Assembly: GCA_010093705.1 (NCBI GenBank)
Contig: MU006123.1
Location: 1 to 64,000, forward strand
Direction of reading: 5' to 3'
From: Patellaria atrata CBS 101060
Lineage: Eukaryota
Length of the DNA stretch: 64,000 nt
Position 1 is the first letter of the stretch, and every line of letters starts with the position of its first letter. A program made the position numbers and the translations under genes. The notes under the pieces are model-generated. The model did no database searches and was not told where the DNA came from. It saw nothing but the letters and a program-made list of their open reading frames with translations. Positions 55,601 through 64,000 of this stretch are shown here, one piece after another.

Positions 55601-56347
55601 CCAGCACTCGTCCGGGAAGCGAAGGGGGGTGATGATATGGCTTATCGTACGTATTCTCTGGACTACTCTCAATCTTCCATACACCTCGAGAAAGTGATAC
55701 TAACACAACTAGGCCGCCTTATATTCCTAGATCAAACGCTTCGTGGAATGATTCAACGTTTCGAAGACGAGTACCCCGAATGTCGTCTACCTCCCGAGGA
55801 ACGTGCTCAAGATAATACTGAACCGGACCATAGCGTATCTTCTTCTCCGCCGACATCGATCTCAGAGCTTCGTATTTCGGCCTCGCCACCTACCTCAGCC
55901 CCGATCACGGCACCAGAGAGCGACGAGGACGACGAATTCCGAGCGCACCCACGCTCCCGCCAAGCTTCCGAAGTCTCCCTTGCCTCTCGCCTTCAGACTC
56001 GGGAGGAAGGCAAGATCCACCGCATCGGGCAGACAATTCGTCGTGACCTGCTGCGTTCCACGCCGACGGGGGATGACGAATCCCTTTTCTTCGAAGATCC
56101 ACCCGAGCCCGCGGAGGATGAGGCGCGGATCGAAAGCCTGAGGCGCAAGTTTGAGGCACTCAGCGCCGAGGAGCTCAAGGGGATGACGAGTGGCGACTTT
56201 GAGCACGCGATGCGCGAGCTGGGTGCCAACGCTAAAGAGCTGGAAAGTGTGACGAGGCTGGGAGGAGAGGATTTGGAGAAGTTTAGGCAGGCACACCGTG
56301 CGGCGTACCTGAATGGGCAGGGGAGGGAGGAGGAAGGTGATTCCTAG
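52667..56347 (+). CDS. MHP1: Mhp1/Gip3-like protein with RNI-like leucine-rich repeats
   Basis: First exon MEEVHGIDVSWLHHS (52667-52718), intron to 52859, second intron about 55648-55712; LRKVAFCVDVEIA (RVxF-like), YRRCCQLRETPIL, LRR block. Confidence 0.8.
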
Positions 56348-57563
56348 GGGGTTTACATTGCAATGGCTGGTACCACCGTAGAAGGTCTGTCCAGCGGCTC
56401 AGACAATGTTAGCTAGGGAGAGGTAGGGTCAATCTGAATTTCAGTTATTTTATGTAGATATGACGAGAGGGATCTCTCATAGGAACGTGGAGGGCATTTC
56501 GGATATCGGGTATGGGAGGTTTTGTGTGGACAGTCCTGCATGGTGTGAAGGCGCTGTGTGGTTTAGTTTTCCTTGCTTTCGAGATATCCGGCTTGCACAT
56601 GCGCGCGCCTGGCATGTCGTTACGGATCGATATTGCGTTTGTTTGATATTCGTCGGTCTGATTCTGATAAAATGGTCGTAACTGTGATATCTCGTCCTTG
56701 TTATAGTTACACTGATCCTCGCGTTAGGATACTTGTAGTAGTGTAGTACTAAGTTTCAGGTACAACTGATCAAATGGTTCATTCTACATGATTAGTATAC
56801 TCCACTGTTATTCAAATAAGCTGGGAAGGGGAATTTTTGCTTTATTTATTATTGATATTTGGAATGTATTTATCTCCCATCGCGAGTTGCAGAGACTGGC
56901 TGTATAGCATTCCTGTCTTGTAATATGTCGGCAAGAATATCGGTCCAACATTTCTTGTTATCCTAGCATGGGTACCAGTAACTACATTTGCAGAATACTG
57001 TCATCGACCAATGTTATTGCTCGTCCGGAAAGTTATGCTCCCTGGAGTGATTTACTCTGGCTCCGTATGTAAGTTCGAGCCGACGGACAAAGAGGTAGAT
57101 TATACATATGCGCGGGTAAAGGGGCATAGAATAGACAAGTTTTGGTGGATATCCAGTATTAAGCCGCGTCCTGGGAGTATCGTGTCCAAATAAAGCCAAT
57201 CTCGATGAAAGGACTAGTTGTTACAAAGTCACACAGGTTAGACGCACACTTGCAGTGCTGGATAATGTTAGCACGTGCTGGAGAGCGTGGGCAAAGCAGC
57301 AGATCACGTCACGCAGGGGATGCTACTTATTACTACGGGACCATTCCTGCACAGTCAGAATCCCTAAGCGGGACGTCTGAGGTGAAATTGCATCCAAGTA
57401 ATGAGTCAGTTCCCGAGACAAGCTCAATACGGGCGCTAGGGGTGTTACCACGAAGTGGTGAATGTTTCTACGGGTAGGCAGCAACTGCTCACCACAAACG
57501 GGATCGGAGGTACAACCTGATCAACGAACTTTACACCGTTCGCTTCTTTTAACAATCCATCAT

Positions 57564-58608
57564 CTAAGTTTCCACGTCTTCCCAGTGAAGCTCATATCCA
57601 TATACAGTCCTTCGTAATAGCTCATCACCGAGATCTTCTTCAAACATGACAGCATCCATAACTTTTTCAAAGATCTTTTCCACCCGGAAACCACTTTTAG
57701 CTGCGAGTTCGAAGAAAGCCAGGTCTTTCTCTAGAAGCCACGGTCTGTACGGAGTAAAGAAAACAAGTGCACGAGCGTCAGTTGCGCGTTTGAGTGTCTG
57801 CTGAACCGTCCTTACGAGCTTCAAATGCTCAGAATGGTTGAAGAGGAGGTCAGCAAGAATGAGAACGTCGAAGCCTTTGGGCCGGTCTGTCAATGGAAGG
57901 TGGGACATCAAGTTTGTGGCGGGAGCACCCCAAAGATAACCTTCCGCGATGATCCGTGTATCTTTTGGAAAGAGATTGCAGTGAGCTATATTGAAGTGTA
58001 GATTTTCGACAAGGTCCTCATCTGGATAATCGGTTACGACGACAATTGACGCTCCACTAATCGCAGCGATAAGACTTGGAAGGCCGCCTCCAGCGCCCAA
58101 CTCCAGAATGGTCTTACCGGCGACCAGGTTCGCGGCATGCTTTTCAAGATGATGGGACACGGTGCGCCCTGCATTCCAGAGGAGATGTCCCTACACGCGT
58201 ATAAGAATAAGCTTATGAAGTGAATTGTGCAAACCAATGCAAACGAGAAGTAACACCGTATGCCATAACAAAATGGCCAGCAGCTAACTTGAGGCAGAAC
58301 ACCTATCTCGCTTAAATGATGATGAGAGGTGTACTTCTGCGGTACGTAGTCTCTAATATGTCGAACGCATGCTTAACGAAGCAAATATGAAAGACTCTCC
58401 TGTCCTAAATCTGGGCTCGACGACACGGTATGGCTATACATGGACTTACCCAGAGAGGACTATGGCCTATCAGACGAATGCTTACTTCATCTCCCGACAG
58501 CAACTGATGTGCCGCAAACGTCGCGGGCTTCTCGGGTTCATAATAGTCGGATGGCTCTTGAAACAGATCTATGTTGTCTTCTTCATCCAACATATCGGTC
58601 TGTATCAT
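57564..58608 (-). CDS. NNT1: Protein methyltransferase Efm7/Nnt1 (methyltransferase-16 family)
   Basis: IRLIGHSPLW|GHLLWNAG across intron 58449-58191; ILELGAGGGLPSL, VVTDYPD, LILADLLFNHSEH, VFFTPYRP. Start may be 58593. Confidence 0.9.
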
Positions 58609-60218
58609 AGGTAGCTTGGATAGATATAAGTCACAAAGTGTAGTAAACGATGCACCGAGACAGTTGATTCGAGCGACGCCCTCTGAGATAACAGATGTTC
58701 CGATAAATAGAAATATCACATCCACCTCCTCGTCAGCTCCAATAATATGGTGACCCAGCCGCTTCTGATTTATTCGGTCGCGGGACGGTCTGATACCGTG
58801 GTTCTAACAAATCGTGAAATTGCAATCCTTCTCCGTAGATGTGAACGTCGTCTCTTGTCAATGAGGGCTTTGACGTTTTGACATTGCAAAGGACGTATCT
58901 TGACAGGATCATCAACCGACTGGATGTACTGTACGGTAAGGAAACCACCCTGACAAGTTCGGATTAATAATGAATAAGGTATCCAATTGTTGCCAGCTGT
59001 GCGAGGATCAAACATATAAATCCTCGGCGCTAATAGAGATGGTCCTAAATCTTTTCGTAACGTCAAACCTGCAGAGGTCCGGACTTCTCTTTCACAGCAT
59101 CGCTGTCGTCCTTTGTCCAAGTTTTACTACTATTTCCTTGATCAGTGTGAGCGTTTGGTTGCTTTCTTGCAGTCTTCCTGCACACACACTCTCTCTCTGT
59201 CTCTCCTCTCCACTGGTCGATTCCCTAGATTCCTCATATCAACTACGAGACACTTAGGATATCGTTCAAGGCTAACCTAGAAAGTAATAAAGGTTACAGT
59301 TACATGACGACTTACTAAGTAGATTCTAACGTGTTGGTGGTGCTCGTACCCGACTCCCCACACCTCAGTGCCCTGGAGGGCCAGAACTAAGCGACCACGA
59401 GGCAGGTCGAGGCCGAGGCGCACAAAACGAACAGGGCCACTGCATCGGTAGCAATCCAAGGGATCGGATACGGGTAGTTTCTTGTGGGACATACAATACA
59501 TACGTACTTGTATGCCGTCCTTAAAGAGTAGTCATATAGGTTTAACATCAGTTGACATATCCATAACCTAATAAAGCATACCCGACCGGACTTAAAGGTG
59601 GACCTCCCGTCGAAATGGGTTGAAAAAATTAAAGATAACCGGCGGCAGCTTACGTTACCCCTTTTACTGGGCGGGCCGGGACTACCTTTTTGTAACTTTT
59701 CTACCTTTTAGGGCAGGAAGGAAAAAAAAAAGAAGAGCTCCAAGGGTTTTGCCGAGAAGGGAAAGTGGCAGGGCAACAGATCTTTCCCCACATAATCTGC
59801 TCACTTCTCACTTCTCACGGAGTTTCTCAGTAACCAAAGCAGGAAAGGACGATCGCCGCTGACCACAACAAAGCTCAGAGAAGGTAGTTTCTACCTTACC
59901 TACCTACAAGTTCTACCTTTACCTTGTAGTTCTACCTTATAGAGGCACGACGGGAGACGGGAGTCAAGTTTAAGATCAGGTCAGCGTCATAGGAGCCTTG
60001 AGGCTTAAGGCGAGTGTAGCGCGAAAAGGGTAGCGGTACCTTATGTCGTTTTAGCAGCACGATCAAGCGAACAAGCCATAACCTACCGTAACCGTAAGGT
60101 CATCTCCATATCCCCACCTATCGCAACAACAAGCAACAGGACGCCTTCAATCGCAATTGGACAAGCTTAAACCTGAACCCACCTTCATACCTTACCATAC
60201 CATTTGAACTCTTCAGGT

Positions 60219-60257
60219 TACCTTACCCACCTTACCTACCTTACCTACCTTACCTTA
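60219..60257. repeat. Short tandem repeat (CCTTACCTA)n-like
   Basis: ccttacctaccttacctaccttacctta. Confidence 0.6.
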
Positions 60258-61036
60258 ATCCTCCTTACCTTTAGCTTCTCCTTCCCTTCACCACTCTTCT
60301 ACAACTTTAACCCCGGACCGCCCGCCGCGGGCGAGCTCATCTCAAGGCTAAGGTAGAACTGGACTAGGTAGCATTCGTTCAAACCTAACACACTCTTTAC
60401 CTTCCTCCATCTCATCGACCTTCTTTACTGTCAGTTCAGTTGGAACTATTCGAAAGGAAAGTCAGCAAAAAGTTCAAGAATATTATAGCAGTCAACAGGT
60501 CAAAAGCGGTTGCCGTTGGAAGCGCACCAATCAGGCCGGGCATCAAGGAAAAGTCACAGGTTTCGACATTTTCATATCCCACTTACTTGCTGGAAAACTT
60601 GCTCATATCTTGCTCATTGATCTCAATCTTCAACCATCGACACCTCTCGGATACCGAAGGCACTACAACAACACAAGCGAGCGTATCAACCTCGCTCCCC
60701 TGCTTTCACCTTCCATTTCGTACCTTACCCTTAACATCGAATCACTCGCGTCCTTGGTTGGGTAAGTTCCCCACTGGAAACATCTGCAATAAGGTATGTC
60801 ACCGTGCTCATCATCATTCTCCTTCCTCCTCTTCCTCCTCTTCTTCCCTCCACCTCAAATCCTATATTTCCCTCCTACCCCTCTTTCCACCGCCCGGCCT
60901 GATAAAGGATCTGGACGCTCTGCTCATTACCGCTGCATCACTCGCGAACTTCCAAGGACTGACATTATGGCAGGGGTTAGGAGGATACCGCTGAGACTTA
61001 AAAGCGGTATCTCATTCTCGCCGCTCTCGGGGAATC

Positions 61037-63148
61037 ATGCCCTGGATTGCTGTTGACGGTGAAAGGAAGAAGGTCGCATGGTAAGTACCTTAGCTTTTCC
61101 CTCATTCTCTTGAACCACTTAATACTGTTCCTCAATCCTTTCCTACTTCTCCTCCTTCACGCTCAAGAGCATATCACTGTTCATATCTTTTGCACCGGCG
61201 CTATTGCTCAGAAATTTCAACGAACCCCACCAACTGACATTCCTCCTTCCTAGCGGTCCTTGCATTCGGGGACATCGATCTTCAAAATGCGACCACCGCG
61301 ATCGCATTTTACTCGAGGTTCGTAAGCCCGGTAGGCCATTAAGTGGCTGCCCTCATCCAGCCGGATCTTGTAGTTGCGAGAGAATCGTGATTAACTATAC
61401 TATCCCGAAGAGTCAGTCACGATGTGTCCCCTTCATTCGCTCTTGTACTAACAATGGCAGAAGGCTCCGGTGGCGCTGGAACCTGCGCTGAGAATAACCG
61501 AGTCCAGAAACCGAGGCAGAAGAAAACCAACGCTAATAAAGCTAAGACTCTTATTGCCGTCGAGTCTCCGAATAATCCAGCGGCGCCAGAAGAGGAAGCA
61601 CTCTCTGCAGCCACGTCTACAGTTCCCAATTCGGAGGATGCTTCTACAAATCCCAGCTCCCCTCCCTCAAGTGAGAGCGCTCTAGTCGAGGTGGAGGCCA
61701 ATCAACAATTTGTTGTCGAGGTGGATACGAACCAGCAACCTGCTGTCGAGGGTGTCGAGAATGTCAAGGTTGAAGGGGATACTCTGCATCCTCTACAGCT
61801 GGGAATGATGGGCGCCGGTGGCTACGGAACCTCTCAAGATGATGTTGGATGGACCGGTAACTGGCCGGATGACACTCCTTTTCCCGGCCACTGCACGCCG
61901 CGTCCCGACGGACCAATTGAACCAAAGAATTGTTGTGGAACCAGCAAGAAGCTTGCTCAGGAGCGTATTCTTGAACAGCCAGAACGTAAGAGCTGCTGCA
62001 AGCCAGCCACGGAGACATACCTTCCAGCGGTCGCTGCTACTGTCGCTGACGGAGTCAACGGTCTTAAGAGTGCCGATCAGCACCGGCATTTCGCCACTAA
62101 CAATACTTACGTTACCCCCGATGGTAACTTTGAATATCGCGAGCCAATTCAGGAATACACGCCGCATCGACAACCGAGCAATGGTTACCGTATGAATGAG
62201 AACGTTCCTATGGGTAATACAATGGGAGCACCCCTTGCGACAAATTTTCACCCATTTACCGTGCCGAATAATACCTGGGCTCTGCCACCAGCTCCTGAAG
62301 ATGTCATGTCGCATGGTCCTGGCAACTGCGACTGCGGCGATGAATGCGCCTGCCTCGGATGTGCTACACATCCCAAGAATATTACTACGACGTCATATGT
62401 TCGCGACATGGGTGTTTACATGATGCAAAATCCCGGCCTGTTGTCTCGCAGGGCAAGCTTTCAGCAACAGTACGCACAAAATGGCGTTTACAACATTGGA
62501 AATCCTCAGCAAGTGGGACCCACGTTTGGTCCACCGTTCACCCAGCAGCATTATAACGGCAATTCAACCCAATATCTTAACGAATATGCGGCTACTTATG
62601 CGGAAAACATGCCCTACCCACATCAGCAACAGATGATGTATCAGCCAATTCCGCACCCGACATTCGACCTCAACCATCTTCAGCTGCAGAGCCCGTCGAC
62701 TGATCAAGATCAAGACCCGAGAAAGATGTTTCTGAAACCATACGTTGATAAAGATAACTCTTCCATGCGAGCAGACTTTGCTTCGCAATTAGAACGCGTC
62801 CCACAAATCGATACGGTCGGATATATGGACTTCGAACATCTCATCAATTCACCAGAGGAAGATACTAATCTCTCCCCGACCTCGTACCTTTTTCAGGCCG
62901 TTGAGCTCCCGGCTTGCAATGATGCTAATGGGATCTGTCAATGTGGAGAAGAGTGCAACTGCGCAGACTGCCGTGTTCACGGTGGACCTACTCTTCCTGC
63001 GAACAACGATTTCAACTTCGACTTCATGGTGAACGCCAACGTCAATGTCAACGGAAACACGGTTGTCGATCATGAGTCTCGCATGCCTACTAACGGCCTT
63101 TCAAACAACGCCTTTGAGATGTCGTTCAATGCCTCCGTTCCTGGTTGA
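61037..63148 (+). CDS. MAC1: Copper-fist transcription factor, GRISEA/Mac1 type
   Basis: Exons 61037-61080, 61254-61411, 61461-63148; KKVACGPCIRGHRSSKCDH...VRKPGRPLSGC; C-terminal CDCGDECACLGCATH and CQCGEECNCADCRVH motifs. Family is firm; orthology is from memory. Confidence 0.85.
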
Positions 63149-64000
63149 GAGGGCGCAATGTACCTCTCTCTACCGTCCACTCAGTATATTATGTACTCAT
63201 CATCACAGTGTGATGGTCGACATTTCATGAGCCAAGAGGCCGAATTGCAGGCGATCTAGTCGTTTGCTGCGATATTCGTTTCACTCCTCTCGTCTAGTTT
63301 ACGTCTTGTACCCTGTCTCTGGTACGTGTAGGACGCGAACCTGCATATCACGCCATTCTCCTGTTCATGTATGAGAGAAAAATGCGTTCTATGCTGGTTA
63401 CGAATGATGGGAAACACGAATGCGAAAATGATGCTTTTTCAAGAGATGCTTTAAGTAGATTTTGTACAACACGTTGCGAAAAACTTATGTTGAGAGGATC
63501 ATGCATCGTAGATGTAGCATGGCATACCGTCTTTTGAATTCATTTAGCACCACCGGTCGGCGGTGATTTGGTAATTGGGAGGATAATTGGAAATGGGGCA
63601 GGGAGGAATTGGTCATGGAGCGAGGAGGATAGGTATTGCCGCCCTAGTAATAGGGGTTTTGATCTGTTTCAGCAGGTCGCAAAAGGAGCATGTATGTAGC
63701 TTGAAAAAAATAAAATAAAAGACGATCTGTTCGTCAAATCTCAGTATCTCGTCTGTGATATGGTGCGGACGCGAGTAGCGTGATGTCGACACTCCACAGT
63801 TTTCGTCGGCTCTGCCTGACAAGGGAATTCAATTCAAGGGCGGGAGTAACAATACTCCTGTCCTTTCCAAGCTCAAATGTTATCTGCTGGAATGGGCAGA
63901 AAGATTGCCTCAAATATTCATACATTATACATTTCCTTAGTAAGGTACATGAACTAGCCACCCCGATGAGAAAAGTCTTCCCCATCACCCACCCAAAGTT

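Noticed and set aside
58700..61030. Telomerase RNA or extra genes (e.g. ORF 60440-60994) in the long intergenic region
   Set aside because: No TAACCCTAA template seen; ORFs have non-ATG starts or low complexity and no recognisable motifs.

Overview
Filamentous ascomycete (Pezizomycotina) nuclear DNA in two sharply separated parts. 1-~40090 is an extremely AT-rich block of transposons degraded by repeat-induced point mutation (RIP; CpA/TpG almost absent). I resolve it by LTR pairs, target-site duplications (TSDs) and RIP-altered protein motifs into: a chromodomain Ty3/Gypsy element A (1282-14462) holding a Ty1/Copia element (4369-10099); a truncated inverted sibling (14463-15865); and a four-level nest, Fot1/pogo DNA transposon > Gypsy B (16964-38917) > Gypsy C (18579-32448) > unrelated Gypsy D (20263-26768), plus a solo C-type LTR inside B's 3' LTR. 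~40090-64000 is ordinary intron-containing gene space: PCC1, MNN9, SPE3, a CsbD-like stress gene, RPL5, an MHP1-like gene, NNT1/EFM7, a GRISEA/Mac1-type copper-fist factor and a few hypothetical genes. Main finding: siblings A, B and C each carry, between pol and the 3' LTR, an antisense ORF of 184-201 codons. After reversing RIP it reads as a C-x2-C-x6-C-x8-C-x2-C-x6-C (Zn2Cys6-like) cluster plus a coiled coil, and each ORF variant is paired with its own LTR U3 variant while gag-pol and R-U5 stay shared. This suggests a retrotransposon-encoded regulator/promoter module. All coordinates and alignments were read by eye; de-RIP reconstructions are inference.
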